Assembly (NCBI GenBank): GCA_018969715.1 | Contig: JAGWXT010000005.1 | Coordinates: forward strand, 13,263 to 77,262 | Source: Actinomycetales bacterium | GTDB lineage: Bacteria; Actinomycetota; Actinomycetes; S36-B12; UBA5976 | Length of the DNA stretch: 64,000 nucleotides | Direction: 5' to 3' | Shown here: positions 1-9,848 of the stretch, piece after piece | Numbering within the stretch: position 1 is the stretch's first letter | Layout: each line of letters opens with the position of its first letter | The notes under the pieces: model-generated | Seen by the model: the letters and a program-made list of their open reading frames with translations, nothing else | Told to the model about the DNA's origin: nothing | The model's database searches: none | Made by a program: the position numbers and the translations under genes

Positions 1-556
1 TGTACTGCGGTGGGAAGTAGTAGGCCTCCGGCTTGCCTACCCTGCCAAGGGCTGCCACCTGGGCATCCGACTGATGCATGTGGTGCGGAATCGGGCCAGC
101 GTTGTCGAACAGCTTGGCGAACACCGGCCAGCGGCCGTACGCCTGCCACAGGCCCGCGCCGAGCAGGTCCGCACCACCAGCCGCGATCGCCTCCTGCAGG
201 GTGACCCGCTGCCCAGCAGCGATGACGTAGCTGAGGCCCTCATCCGGCTGCCGACCGTCATTGTCGGCGGTCACCGTCGAGGACAGCCAGCGCTCATCGA
301 TGCCACCGCGGGCAACGCCGAAGGGGTACAGGTCATCTGGATGGAGGCGCAGCCGGCGACCCGGCCGGAGGAAGGACCTCGGCACCCAGCAGGGGGCCAG
401 ATGCAGCAGTCCAGAGCCGGCGGCCAGTGCCTCGCCGATGAACCCGGCGACATCCGCGGTGTGGACGGGCAACTGCGCGAGCCGATCACTTCCGGGGGTT
501 CGTCCCTCGGGGGTTGCGGGCATGGCGGGGGTTGGTACCTCGGGGGTTGCGGGCAT
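1..556 (-). CDS. cupin / type-I phosphomannose-isomerase-like protein (N-terminal part; gene runs off the window start)
   Basis: Not in the ORF track because no stop lies in the window. My translation of the minus strand from ATG 556 (alt ATG 523) reads MPATPEVPTPAMPATPEGRTPGSDRLAQLPVH...WPVFAKLFDNAGPIPHHMHQSD...GKPEAYYFPPQY. Third-position GC is high. The KxFD..PIPxHxH string resembles PMI-like cupins from memory. Confidence 0.4.
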   Translation of the reverse strand, partial: MPATPEVPTPAMPATPEGRTPGSDRLAQLPVHTADVAGFIGEALAAGSGLLHLAPCWVPRSFLRPGRRLRLHPDDLYPFGVARGGIDERWLSSTVTADNDGRQPDEGLSYVIAAGQRVTLQEAIAAGGADLLGAGLWQAYGRWPVFAKLFDNAGPIPHHMHQSDAQVAALGRVGKPEAYYFPPQY

Positions 557-629
557 GGCGTGAGGCTATGTCAACGGTGCCAGCGATGCGTTATCGCAGC
601 GGAATGGCCTTGCTTGGCCTCGACCCCAT

Positions 630-645
630 CTGGTACCGTTTCCAG
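630..645. promoter_or_regulatory. candidate LacI-type operator, site 1 (CTGGTACCGTTTCCAG)
   Basis: 16-bp imperfect palindrome with a central CG, 6 of 8 arm pairs. Lies ~100 bp upstream of enolase gene 748. Same motif as sites at 17100, 18812, 37912 and 44699. Confidence 0.45.
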
Positions 646-747
646 CAACTGATCTGACGGCACCCGCGAGTCCCGCCCCGTCGCCCGCCCCGTCCCCCGC
701 CCCCATCCACACCACCGCCCGCCACCGGGCCCTACGCCAGAGATGAG

Positions 748-1872
748 TTGCCCGTGTCGGCCATTGAGCGCATCGAGACGATCCCGCTGCGGGTGCCACT
801 GAAGCACCTGTACAAGGGGTCGTACTACAAGATGCGCAACCGCTGCACGATCATCACCCGGATCCACACCAGTGATGGTCTGATCGGGGAGGCGTACAAC
901 GCCGACACCGATGAGGAGCAGCACGAGGTCCTGGCGATCATCCACGATGAGATCGCACCGTTGGTCACCGGTATGGACGTGCGACAGGTCGAGCGGATCT
1001 GGCACGCCATGCTGCCGGTGACCCTCGACCAGTTGCGTGATCGGGCGATCCCCATGCAGGCCATCGCCTGTGTCGACAGCGCCGTCTGGGATGCGGTCGG
1101 CAAGCATGCCGGCCAGCCACTGTGGCGACTGTGGGGGGGGTATCGGGATCGCATCCCGATGATCGGCATCGGCGGCTACTACGGCTCGAGTGAGGCCGAC
1201 CTTGAGCGGGAGCTCGGGTTCTTCCAGGGTGAGCACGGCATGGTGGGCATGAAGTTCAAGATCGGGGCGAAGCCGCCGGCCGAGGACGTTGCCCGGCTGC
1301 GACAGGCACGGGCCATTGTCGGCGATGACTTCGTCTTCGTTGTGGACGCGAATCAGGGGTACACGGTTGGGGAGGCGCTGGACTTTCTGGCGCGGATCGA
1401 CGGTGAGATCCCGCTGCGCTGGTTCGAGGAGCCCACGCGCTGGCACGCTGACTGGCGGGGACTGCGCGATGTGCGGATGCGGGGCAATGTCAACGTGGCC
1501 GCCGGTCAGAGCGAAATCTCACGGGTGGGTATGCGCGAACTCATGGTCAACGGGGCGATCGACGTGAGCAACTATGACGCCTCGTGGGGTGGTGGACCGA
1601 CCGAGTGGCGCCGCGTGGCGGCCCTCGCCAGCGCCTTCGAGGTCATGCTCGGTCACCATGAGGAGGCACAGGTGGCCTCCCACCTGCTGGCGTCGGTGCC
1701 CCACGGCACCTACGTCGAATCCTTCTCGCCGACCCGCGATCCGATCTTCTGGGGGTTGCTCTCGAACCGGCAGCCACTCATCAACGGTGAACTGGCCCTC
1801 CCCACCGACCCGGGTTTCGGGTGGGTGCTCAATGAGGACTTCATCGACCAATACCGGGTGGACCGCAGCTGA
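748..1872 (+). CDS. enolase-superfamily (mandelate racemase/muconate lactonizing enzyme) protein, acid-sugar dehydratase-like
   Basis: 374-aa ORF (TTG 748 or GTG 754 start). MR/MLE-type strings GMKFKIG, VVDANQGY, WFEEP, AAGQSE. Close paralog of 38023-39144. Confidence 0.8.
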   Translation: MPVSAIERIETIPLRVPLKHLYKGSYYKMRNRCTIITRIHTSDGLIGEAYNADTDEEQHEVLAIIHDEIAPLVTGMDVRQVERIWHAMLPVTLDQLRDRAIPMQAIACVDSAVWDAVGKHAGQPLWRLWGGYRDRIPMIGIGGYYGSSEADLERELGFFQGEHGMVGMKFKIGAKPPAEDVARLRQARAIVGDDFVFVVDANQGYTVGEALDFLARIDGEIPLRWFEEPTRWHADWRGLRDVRMRGNVNVAAGQSEISRVGMRELMVNGAIDVSNYDASWGGGPTEWRRVAALASAFEVMLGHHEEAQVASHLLASVPHGTYVESFSPTRDPIFWGLLSNRQPLINGELALPTDPGFGWVLNEDFIDQYRVDRS

Positions 1873-1972
1873 CCGCCGGTCAGCATCAGCGCCGCCGGAT
1901 TCCACCGGCGCCGTGCGCGCAGGATGGATACTCCGGCGAACGGCGCACCGTGCCAACTGAAGGGAGCCAGCT

Positions 1973-3100
1973 ATGAGCCGTATCGTCGCTGTTGAACCGA
2001 TTCCCGTCGCCTACCCCGAGCCCAATGACTTCGACGCCACGCGCTATCTCTGCCTGGTCAAGATCACAACCGATGACGGCGTGGTCGGCTGGGGAGAATC
2101 CATCACCCAGTTTCCGGAGGCGAATCCGGCGGTTGCCGCGCTGATCACGGGGCTCAGCGAGTTCGTCATCGGCCGCGACCCGCTCGACAACTACAGCATC
2201 TGGCGTGCCATCAAGGAGCGTGCTTGGTGGTACGGCTACCGGGGCGGACTCTTCTCCTATGCCTTGTCCGCAATTGACATCGCACTATGGGACATCAAGG
2301 GCAAGCTCCTCGGCCAGCCCGTGCTGACCCTGCTCGGCGGTCCGGTTCATGACCGGCTGCCCGCCATCGCCTCCTCGCATGCCCACTATGAGTCGCTGCC
2401 GGCCATGGCCGAGGAGGCAGTGGAGTGGCTCAGCACCGGACTGCAGGGAATGAAGGTGGGCTTCGGCAAGCGGGGGGATGCGCGGCTGGGCTATGAGCAC
2501 GACCGCGACGTTGCCTACGTTCGCCTGATGCGCGAGGCCATCGGCGCGGACAAGATGATCATGATCGATCTGGGCTATGCCATCAAGTGGGATGTCGCGA
2601 CCGCGGTCAAGCGAGTGCAGGCCTTCGATGAGTACAACATCGACTGGATCGAGGAACCACTCGGAGCGTGGGATCCGGAGGGCTATCGCACCCTGAAGGA
2701 CAAGACCCGCTGCCTGATCGCCTACGGCGAGCGCGAGTGGACGCTGGACGGTTTCGAGGCGGTCCTGGCGACCGGCACCTGCGATGTGGTCGGGGTGGAC
2801 CCGGGCCGGGCCGAGGGAATCACCGGATTCAAGAAGGTGACCGATCGGGTCGAGTTCTACCGTCGTCAGGCCAATGCCCATGCCTGGTCATCGGCAATCG
2901 TCACCGCCGCCAGCCTTGCGGTGAGCTTTGCAAGCTCGGCCTGCAAGCTGTTCGAGTTCAAGCCGCTGCGAAATCCGATGCAGCACGATCTGGTCACCCA
3001 GCCCTTTGAGCACGTCGACGGCTGGGTCTATCCGCCGCTGCAGGGTCCGGGCCTGGGAATCGAGATCCGCGAGGATGTCGTCGACCGCTACCGTCAGTAG
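1973..3100 (+). CDS. enolase-superfamily (MR/MLE) protein, second tandem member
   Basis: 375-aa ORF with an AAGGGAG RBS upstream. Strings GMKVGFG, MIDLGYA, IDWIEEP, AYGERE fit MR/MLE metal-ligand spacing. Confidence 0.8.
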   Translation: MSRIVAVEPIPVAYPEPNDFDATRYLCLVKITTDDGVVGWGESITQFPEANPAVAALITGLSEFVIGRDPLDNYSIWRAIKERAWWYGYRGGLFSYALSAIDIALWDIKGKLLGQPVLTLLGGPVHDRLPAIASSHAHYESLPAMAEEAVEWLSTGLQGMKVGFGKRGDARLGYEHDRDVAYVRLMREAIGADKMIMIDLGYAIKWDVATAVKRVQAFDEYNIDWIEEPLGAWDPEGYRTLKDKTRCLIAYGEREWTLDGFEAVLATGTCDVVGVDPGRAEGITGFKKVTDRVEFYRRQANAHAWSSAIVTAASLAVSFASSACKLFEFKPLRNPMQHDLVTQPFEHVDGWVYPPLQGPGLGIEIREDVVDRYRQ

Positions 3101-3107
3101 CGGATCG

Positions 3108-3986
3108 ATGCTCGGCCCTATCGGGCTGGACAGCTTCAGCGTCCACCGCTACTTCGGGGAGCACTCCCGCTGGGAACAGCCCTTAACAACCCGGTGGCAG
3201 ACGAGCGACTTCCTCGATCTGGTCGACCGGCTGGACTGTGCGGTCGCCTCATTGGAGACCGTGTACCTGGGCACCGACGACGAGGCCCTGTACGAGCAGT
3301 TGCAGGCATGGCAGGTGCGAACCGGACGGTCCTGCCTCTTCACCTGGGGCCACCCGGATGGCCTGCGGGGGGGCATGAATCCTGCCGCAGCAGATGACGC
3401 GCAGCGATACCTGCACCTGTCCCGGGAACTCGGCGCCACGGACATGCGCATCGTGTGCGGCAACCACCATCAGTGGGATGTCGACCCGGCGCAGCGCCGC
3501 CGGGTGCTGCGGCCACTGCTCGAACGGCTCGCCGATGTGGGAGGTGAAGCGGGAGTCCGGGTGTCAGTGGAGAACCATGCCGACTTCACCGTGACCGCTC
3601 TGGTGTCCTTCCTTGAGGAGATCGGCCACCCGAACCTTGGACTGTGCCTGGACACCGGCAACTGCCTGCGAACTGGTGAGCGCCCGGCAACGGTGCTGGC
3701 CGAGATTGACATGTCGCGCATCTTCATGGTGCAGGCCAAGGACGTCCGACTGCTGCCGGGTGCCGATCATCCGGTGGGATGGTGGCCGACGACCCGTTTC
3801 GGCACCGGGGATGTCGATATGGCCGGCTGCCTGCGCCGACTTGATGAGGGGGCGTTCACCGGCCCGCTGGTGATCGAGTTGAGCAACCTGTGGACGGGCC
3901 TGACGGAGATTGACGAGATCGAGTACGCGGTTGACTTCCTTCACCGGTGGCACCTGCCGGAGTCACCGAGGCACCCGGCTGGCTGA
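3108..3986 (+). CDS. sugar phosphate isomerase/epimerase, xylose-isomerase-like TIM-barrel protein
   Basis: Track ORF 2928-3986 trimmed to in-frame ATG 3108, just after the stop of the previous gene. Strings VSVENHADF and LCLDTGN are typical of the AP-endonuclease-2/xylose-isomerase fold. Confidence 0.65.
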   Translation: MLGPIGLDSFSVHRYFGEHSRWEQPLTTRWQTSDFLDLVDRLDCAVASLETVYLGTDDEALYEQLQAWQVRTGRSCLFTWGHPDGLRGGMNPAAADDAQRYLHLSRELGATDMRIVCGNHHQWDVDPAQRRRVLRPLLERLADVGGEAGVRVSVENHADFTVTALVSFLEEIGHPNLGLCLDTGNCLRTGERPATVLAEIDMSRIFMVQAKDVRLLPGADHPVGWWPTTRFGTGDVDMAGCLRRLDEGAFTGPLVIELSNLWTGLTEIDEIEYAVDFLHRWHLPESPRHPAG

Positions 3987-4106
3987 TCACGCCGATTGAC
4001 CCGCCTTCAGTGGCCCGGTACTGCTTGGATGGGGGCGCACGATCAAGGCCGCAGCAGTGGCACCAAGGCACCAGCATCTGACCACCAGTATTCGAGAGGA
4101 GTTGCC

Positions 4107-5174
4107 ATGACCGCAAAGAATCCGCGCATCGCCGTGGTGAGTGCCGGCTGGTGGGCGACCCAGTTCCACATCCCGTCCCTGCTCGACTACGACGGTGCTG
4201 ACCTGATTGCGATCGTCGATCAGGATGAGCAGAAGTTGTCAGCGGCGGCAACGCACTACGGGGTGACGACGACCTACGCCAGCCTCGCAGATCTCATCCG
4301 CACCGGTGACGTGGACGGGGTGGTGGTGGCGACCAACTCCGCAGCCCACTACGTCGTCGCCAAGGAGGCACTGGATGCTGGGCTGCACGTCATGGTCGAG
4401 AAGCCGATGGTCATCACCACCGCCGAAGCATGGGACCTGGTCGAGACGGCCCGGCGCAATGAGCGCCACCTCGTCGTCGGGCACACCTACCAGTTCGTTG
4501 AGTCGGCCGAGCTGCTTCGGCAGGTGGTCGCCAGTGGCGAGCTGGGCGAATTGGTGATGATGTCGGGTCTGTTCGCCTCCATGGTGGAGTCCTTCTACCG
4601 GGGTCAGCCGCAGGAGTACGCCGAGGTCTTCCAGTGGCCGGTAACCGGTCCCACCAGCCAGACGTACGCAACCGCGGCCTCCGCTGGCGGTGGCCAGGGC
4701 TATACGCAGGTCACCCACCCGATGGGGATGATGCTCCACATCACGGGCGCCCGGACGAGCCGGGTTGCGGCCTTCCTCAACTATCGCGATCTCGCCGTCG
4801 ACCTCGCCGACGCCATCTCCTACGAGTGCACCTCCGGTGCGGTCGGAACCATGGCATCCACGGGCAACATCCGCAAGAACGAGGCCCAGCAGCAGGAGTT
4901 GCGCTACTACTTCAGCCGCGGCTGGGCGACCCAGAACCTCCTCGATGCATCCGTGACCGTTCAGTTCGCCAGCGGCGAGTCCCGCCACTTCACCGCAAGT
5001 GATGTCTATCCAGCCCATGCGACGGCACGGCACCTCGCCGACCTCATCAGCGGCCGGGCAACGGAGAACCTTGCCTCTGGGGAGCATGGCGCGCGAGTGG
5101 TCGAGTTCCTTGACGCGGCCTATCGATCGGCGCACGCCGGACAGGTCGTGGACATCGATCTCAGCCGAGGCTGA
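4107..5174 (+). CDS. Gfo/Idh/MocA family oxidoreductase
   Basis: Track ORF 3996-5174 trimmed to ATG 4107 (GAGAGGA RBS). N-terminal Rossmann strand RIAVVSAGWWA and the EKP motif (HVMVEKPM). Confidence 0.75.
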   Translation: MTAKNPRIAVVSAGWWATQFHIPSLLDYDGADLIAIVDQDEQKLSAAATHYGVTTTYASLADLIRTGDVDGVVVATNSAAHYVVAKEALDAGLHVMVEKPMVITTAEAWDLVETARRNERHLVVGHTYQFVESAELLRQVVASGELGELVMMSGLFASMVESFYRGQPQEYAEVFQWPVTGPTSQTYATAASAGGGQGYTQVTHPMGMMLHITGARTSRVAAFLNYRDLAVDLADAISYECTSGAVGTMASTGNIRKNEAQQQELRYYFSRGWATQNLLDASVTVQFASGESRHFTASDVYPAHATARHLADLISGRATENLASGEHGARVVEFLDAAYRSAHAGQVVDIDLSRG

Positions 5175-6120
5175 GCGAGCCGCTGCGCAGCAGCAGGAAG
5201 ACGCCGCCACAGCAGACCAGGCCGGCCAGGACAATGCGGCGGCTCGGCCAACGCCGCAACCAGATCGACTCGATCGTGATGACCAGCAGCGGCGTCACCG
5301 CTAGCGTGCTCTGGACCGCGACCGGACTGCTGATCCGCACCGCGCTCAGGGCAAGCAGGAAGCCGAGGGTGATCAGCCCGGCGCGGCGGATCAGCACGGG
5401 CAAATCCCGCAGGTGCACCGCTCGCGGCCAGGCCAGCCCGAGGAAGACCAGGCCGGCGAGGGCGGTGCGCGAGACGTACACCTCGGGCAGGCTGACGCCG
5501 CGAACGAAGAGCGCGGCTGCGAGCACGATCAGCACCCCCTGACACACCGCGTAGCTCGTGAGCAGGCCGACGGCAGCCGGGGCGCGGATGCCGGCGAACT
5601 GTCCCCGCAGTGCGATGAGCACTCCCGCCACGAGGGTCAGCGCGCCCCCGGCCAGCCCCCAGGGGATGGCCACAGCGAGCAGCAGCGGTGTGGCCAGCAG
5701 CGTCACAACCGGGCTGAGGGCGGTCCCGATGCTCACCGCCGAGGCCGATCCGCGGTCGATCAGCCGGAAGAACGCCGAGCTCGCCACCACCATCAGCAGC
5801 ACGGAGCAGGCGTGCAGGGCGAGCACCGTCGGATCGAGCAGGTGCCAGGTGCTGCCACCCCCGAGTGAGGGAATGGCGAACAGGGGTGTGGCGAGGGCGG
5901 CGTTGATCAGGAACAGTGGGGCGATCACCTGCCGGGCCGGCAACCGGTTCACGAGGTCCTTGGTGAGGACGGTGCCCAGCGCCGTGGAGGTGCTGGCGGC
6001 CAGCGCCAGGGCTAGCCACACGGCGTGTCCACCCCCCCGGATGTGACCTCGCAGGAACCATCTGGCAACATTCCCGGAAACGTTAGCAACGGGGGCGGCT
6101 GGGGACACCTGGCCGCCCAT
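5161..6120 (-). CDS. EamA/DMT-family membrane transporter
   Basis: Track ORF 5161-6288 trimmed to ATG 6120 to avoid the divergent SBP gene. Highly hydrophobic with about 10 predicted TM stretches. The 3' end overlaps the convergent gene by 14 nt. Confidence 0.6.
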   Translation of the reverse strand: MGGQVSPAAPVANVSGNVARWFLRGHIRGGGHAVWLALALAASTSTALGTVLTKDLVNRLPARQVIAPLFLINAALATPLFAIPSLGGGSTWHLLDPTVLALHACSVLLMVVASSAFFRLIDRGSASAVSIGTALSPVVTLLATPLLLAVAIPWGLAGGALTLVAGVLIALRGQFAGIRAPAAVGLLTSYAVCQGVLIVLAAALFVRGVSLPEVYVSRTALAGLVFLGLAWPRAVHLRDLPVLIRRAGLITLGFLLALSAVRISSPVAVQSTLAVTPLLVITIESIWLRRWPSRRIVLAGLVCCGGVFLLLRSGSLSLG

Positions 6121-6172
6121 ATGCTGACGCCCCCGGGCGCCCGCCCGGGGGATCGACCGAAGGAGTGAATGC

Positions 6173-7162
6173 ATGCGCAAGACCAGACTGTCCATGGTCG
6201 CCGCAGCCGCGGCGGCGCTCGCCTTGGTGCTCGGGGTCCCCGCCGCCGCCAGTGCGGCACCGACCCAGGCCAATAACCAGATCACCATCGGCTACATCAA
6301 CCACATCGCCTCGATCCCCTACATCGCCATCGTGCAGAAGGGCATGGAGGCGGCTGCGAAGAAGGCTGGCGTCAAGCTCATCGTCTGCAACCCGGAGGGT
6401 GACGCGGCCAAGACGGTCGACTGCGCCGCCCAGTTCAAGACGCAGAACGTTGACGGCATCATCTCCTTCAACCCGGTGGAGGCCGCATCCGCTCGTGCCT
6501 GCGCCGCCGGTCCGCAGGTGCCGGTGATCGCCATCGACATCGTCCAGCAGCCATGTCAGACGGTCTTCTACGGCGCGAACAATGCAGCCGCCGGCTCGAT
6601 CGCCGGTCGCCTGCTCGGTCAGCATGCGAAGGCCAACTTCGACTGCAACATCGACGCCTTCATCTCGATGGAGGCACCGGTGGTCGGTGTGGTGAACGAG
6701 CAGCGCATGGGCGGGTTCAAGAAGGGCTATGAGGGCGTGTGCGGCCCGCTCGGCGACAAGTTGATCCGCGTCGACGGCAAGGGTGCAACCGACACCTCCA
6801 TCCAGCCCTGCCGGGACACCCTGACCCGACTGGCGGGCAAGAAGAAGATCTACGTCGGCGGGCTCAACGATGACATGGTCATCGGCTGCATCAAGGCAGC
6901 GGAGTCGGCTGGTCGGCTTGGCGACATCTACGGTGCCGGGCAGGGTGCAGACCCGACCTCGCTGCCGTACATGTGCGGCAAGACCAACTTCAAGAACTGG
7001 ATCGGCGATGCTGCGTACTTCCCTGAGAACTACGGAGCGGATGTCATCCCGACGATGATCTCGCTGATCGAGGGTCAGAAGCAGCCCAAGACGGTCAACG
7101 TCCGGCACCGTGCAGTCACGCCGGCGAACGTCAAGAGCATCTACCCGAACGCCTGCAAGTAG
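6173..7162 (+). CDS. sugar ABC transporter substrate-binding protein (CUT2/RbsB-like), secreted
   Basis: Signal peptide MRKTRLSMVAAAAAALALVLGVPAAASAAP. Periplasmic-binding-protein type I pattern. GAAGGAG RBS. First gene of an SBP-ATPase-permease set. Confidence 0.75.
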   Translation: MRKTRLSMVAAAAAALALVLGVPAAASAAPTQANNQITIGYINHIASIPYIAIVQKGMEAAAKKAGVKLIVCNPEGDAAKTVDCAAQFKTQNVDGIISFNPVEAASARACAAGPQVPVIAIDIVQQPCQTVFYGANNAAAGSIAGRLLGQHAKANFDCNIDAFISMEAPVVGVVNEQRMGGFKKGYEGVCGPLGDKLIRVDGKGATDTSIQPCRDTLTRLAGKKKIYVGGLNDDMVIGCIKAAESAGRLGDIYGAGQGADPTSLPYMCGKTNFKNWIGDAAYFPENYGADVIPTMISLIEGQKQPKTVNVRHRAVTPANVKSIYPNACK

Positions 7163-7179
7163 CCGGCTGAACGGAGCGG

Positions 7180-8682
7180 ATGCAGATGACCACGACAGCG
7201 CTCGCTGCGCGGGGCATCCGTAAGTCGTTCGGTGGCGTCGAGGTCCTCCACGGTGTGGACCTCGACGCCACCGGCGGCTCAATCCTCGCCCTGCTGGGTG
7301 AGAACGGTGCCGGCAAGTCAACCCTCATGAAGATCCTCTCCGGGGACTACACCCCCGATGCGGGGAGCATCGACATCGATGGCACGGTCGTGTCGGCCTT
7401 CGATCCCCGCACCGCTCGTGCGGCGGGGATCCGCATGATCTACCAGGAGTTCCAGGATGCGCCGACCCTGAGCGTGGCGGAGAACATCTCACTTGGCCGG
7501 CTGCCGGCTCGTGGCGGCGTTGTCAACGGCCGCGCCATGCGGGAACGGGCGCGCAGTGTGCTCTCCCTGATGGGTGTCGAGCTCGACCTCGATGCCCCCG
7601 TCGGCGGACTGCGCGTGGGTGAGCGGCAGATCGTCGAGATCGCGCGTGCCCTTTCCGATGACGCGCGGGTGCTGATCCTCGACGAGCCGACGGCTGCCCT
7701 CTCCCAGCAGGAGGTGGATCGGCTCTTCACCTACCTTCGTGATCTGCGTCGTCAGGACATCGCCCTGATCTACATCACCCATCGTCTCGATGAGGTCACC
7801 GAGATCGCCGATCGGGTGCAGGTTCTGCGAGACGGTGATGTGGCCGCGGTGGGACCGGTGGTCGAGTTCGATCGAGGCGCCATGGTGACGGCGATGATCG
7901 GGCGCACGGCATCCTCGGTTGAGCGCCCACTGCCGGTGACGATCCCCGAGGGCACGGCACCGGCGGTGGAATTCCGCTCGGTCAGCGTCCCTCGCGCCTA
8001 TTCCGATGTGAGCCTGATGGTCCGCCCCGGTGAGGTCGTCGCCGTATACGGCAAACTCGGATCGGGTTCGGGGGAGCTCGTCGAGACGCTGTTCGGGCTC
8101 CACACCCCAAGTCAGGGGGAGATCCGCGTCACCGAGCGGCCCTTCCGTCCCAAGGGCCCCGCAGAGGCGATTGCCGGTGGGGTGGGGCTGGTCCCGCCCG
8201 ACCGGAAGCGGGAGGCCATCTTCGCGGTGCGGTCGGTGGCGGAGAACATCGCCGTTGCCTCCTGGCGCCGCCTCGCTGATGCGGGCCTGCTGATCAGGCG
8301 GGCAACCGAGGGACGGGCGTTCGCCCACTGGTACGCAACCCTGGGAATCCGATCCCGCAACGATCCACGACAGGAGATGGGAACCCTCTCCGGTGGCAAC
8401 CAGCAGAAGGTGGTCATCGCGCGCTGGCTGGAGAGAGGCACCCCGATCCTCGCGATGATCGAGCCGACGCGTGGTGTCGATGTCGGTGCCCGCGCGGAGA
8501 TCTACCGGTCCGTGCGGGAGCTTGCCGGCCAGGGCATGGCGATTCTGGTGTCGACCTCCGACTACGAGGAGGTTGTGCAACTGGCTGACCGGGCCCTCGT
8601 CATGTCGCGGGGCCGCATCGTGACTGAACTGACCGACGACCACATCACAACCGGCGCATTGCTCACAGCAGCAGGAGGCTGA
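7180..8682 (+). CDS. sugar ABC transporter ATP-binding protein (fused double NBD, CUT2)
   Basis: 500 aa. Walker A GENGAGKST, second-half signature LSGGNQQKV, RbsA/MglA-like duplicated NBD layout. Confidence 0.9.
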   Translation: MQMTTTALAARGIRKSFGGVEVLHGVDLDATGGSILALLGENGAGKSTLMKILSGDYTPDAGSIDIDGTVVSAFDPRTARAAGIRMIYQEFQDAPTLSVAENISLGRLPARGGVVNGRAMRERARSVLSLMGVELDLDAPVGGLRVGERQIVEIARALSDDARVLILDEPTAALSQQEVDRLFTYLRDLRRQDIALIYITHRLDEVTEIADRVQVLRDGDVAAVGPVVEFDRGAMVTAMIGRTASSVERPLPVTIPEGTAPAVEFRSVSVPRAYSDVSLMVRPGEVVAVYGKLGSGSGELVETLFGLHTPSQGEIRVTERPFRPKGPAEAIAGGVGLVPPDRKREAIFAVRSVAENIAVASWRRLADAGLLIRRATEGRAFAHWYATLGIRSRNDPRQEMGTLSGGNQQKVVIARWLERGTPILAMIEPTRGVDVGARAEIYRSVRELAGQGMAILVSTSDYEEVVQLADRALVMSRGRIVTELTDDHITTGALLTAAGG

Positions 8683-8684
8683 CC

Positions 8685-9767
8685 GTGAATCAGGAGACAA
8701 ACCCCGGAGGCACCCTCTCATCGGACCTCACCACCGGACGCGCAAGCGGATCGCTTGGTGCAGGGGGGACAGCCACGGCCCTCACCTCAGACGCCTCACT
8801 CGGCGTCAGCCATGAGGCAGGCGGCCGAAAGTTGCGCTTTCCGGAGACGGGGGCACTGCTGATCTTCCTGGCGGTGCTGCTCATCGTGTTCGCGTTGCTG
8901 TCGGATGTCTTCCTCACCTACGACAACCTCATCAACGTCCTCGTCACGGCATCCGTCCCCATGATCCTCGCCGTGCCAGCGACCATGCTGTTGATCTCAG
9001 GGCAGTTCGACCTGTCCATCGGCGGCGGTGTGGCACTGATCACGACGATCTTCGCCTGGTCGATCACCAACGCCCAGTTCAGCACCCCGGTGGCGGTGCT
9101 GATCGCGGTCGCCGCCGGGCTGGCCATCGGCGTGCTGAACGGGTTCCTCGTCACGGTCGTGGGAATCAACGCCCTGATCACCACCCTCGGCACGCTCGCG
9201 ATCTTCCGGGGCCTATCGCTCATCATCACCGAGGGACTGCCGATTCAGATCAACGGCTTCAACGCCCTCGGCATCGACCGGCCATTTCTCAACATCACGT
9301 GGAGCACCTACATCTTCATCGCAATCACGCTGCTGGCAATATTCGTGCTGCGCTCAACTGTGTACGGCCGCACGCTGTACGCCATCGGCGCCAATCCCGT
9401 CGCCGCCCGTCTCGCGGGCATCCGCGTGAACAACATCATCTTCATCACCTTCATCGTGTCCGGGCTGGCCGTTGCCCTGGCCGGGCTCATCACCTCCTCG
9501 TACACCGGTCAGGGCAGTGGCCAGAATGCGCTCGGGCTGGAACTGCAGGTCATCACGGCCGTCATCCTCGGCGGCGCCAGCCTGGCCGGTGGGCGCGGCG
9601 CGATTCTCGGCACCCTGCTCGGCGTGCTCATCCTGGGCATCATCAACAATGGCCTCACCCTGCTCAATGTCCAGTCGTTCTGGCAGGACGTCGCCCGCGG
9701 CAGCCTGCTGATCCTCGCGGTGAGTATCGATGTACTCCGCCTTCGACTGGCCTCGCGATCGGGGTAG
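8685..9767 (+). CDS. sugar ABC transporter permease (RbsC-like)
   Basis: 360 aa, multi-TM. Typical C-terminal GGTSLxGGRG-like string (GGASLAGGRGAILGT). Starts 3 nt after the ATPase stop. Confidence 0.85.
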   Translation: MNQETNPGGTLSSDLTTGRASGSLGAGGTATALTSDASLGVSHEAGGRKLRFPETGALLIFLAVLLIVFALLSDVFLTYDNLINVLVTASVPMILAVPATMLLISGQFDLSIGGGVALITTIFAWSITNAQFSTPVAVLIAVAAGLAIGVLNGFLVTVVGINALITTLGTLAIFRGLSLIITEGLPIQINGFNALGIDRPFLNITWSTYIFIAITLLAIFVLRSTVYGRTLYAIGANPVAARLAGIRVNNIIFITFIVSGLAVALAGLITSSYTGQGSGQNALGLELQVITAVILGGASLAGGRGAILGTLLGVLILGIINNGLTLLNVQSFWQDVARGSLLILAVSIDVLRLRLASRSG

Positions 9768-9848
9768 TCGCACCGAGGGCCGGGCTGGTGCCCGCACCGA
9801 GGCACCTGCACTAGTTCACGCACCTGCACCAGTGGAGGAGGGATCTGC

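Noticed and set aside
2928-3107. N-terminal extensions offered by the ORF track. Examples: 2928, 3996, 10685, 21129, 24342, 31222, 33124, 40290, 41209, 44763, 48791, 49069, 49959, 61459 and 6288(-).
   Set aside because: The extensions overlap the preceding gene in another frame and lack RBSs. They are replaced by in-frame starts that have Shine-Dalgarno sequences or ATGA/GTGA coupling and give family-typical N-termini.
6083-8721. Long minus-strand ORFs (6083-7321, 412 aa; 7489-8721, 410 aa) opposite the SBP and ATPase genes.
   Set aside because: They are antisense shadows of genes with clear Walker/ABC-signature and signal-peptide evidence. Their composition is biased (R, G, P, H) and no family motifs are present.
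9802-9829. 10-bp direct repeat GCACCTGCAC (9802-9811, 9820-9829) between the permease and the second Gfo/Idh/MocA gene.
   Set aside because: It is too short and isolated to interpret. It could be chance in GC-rich DNA, and it has no matching element elsewhere in the window.
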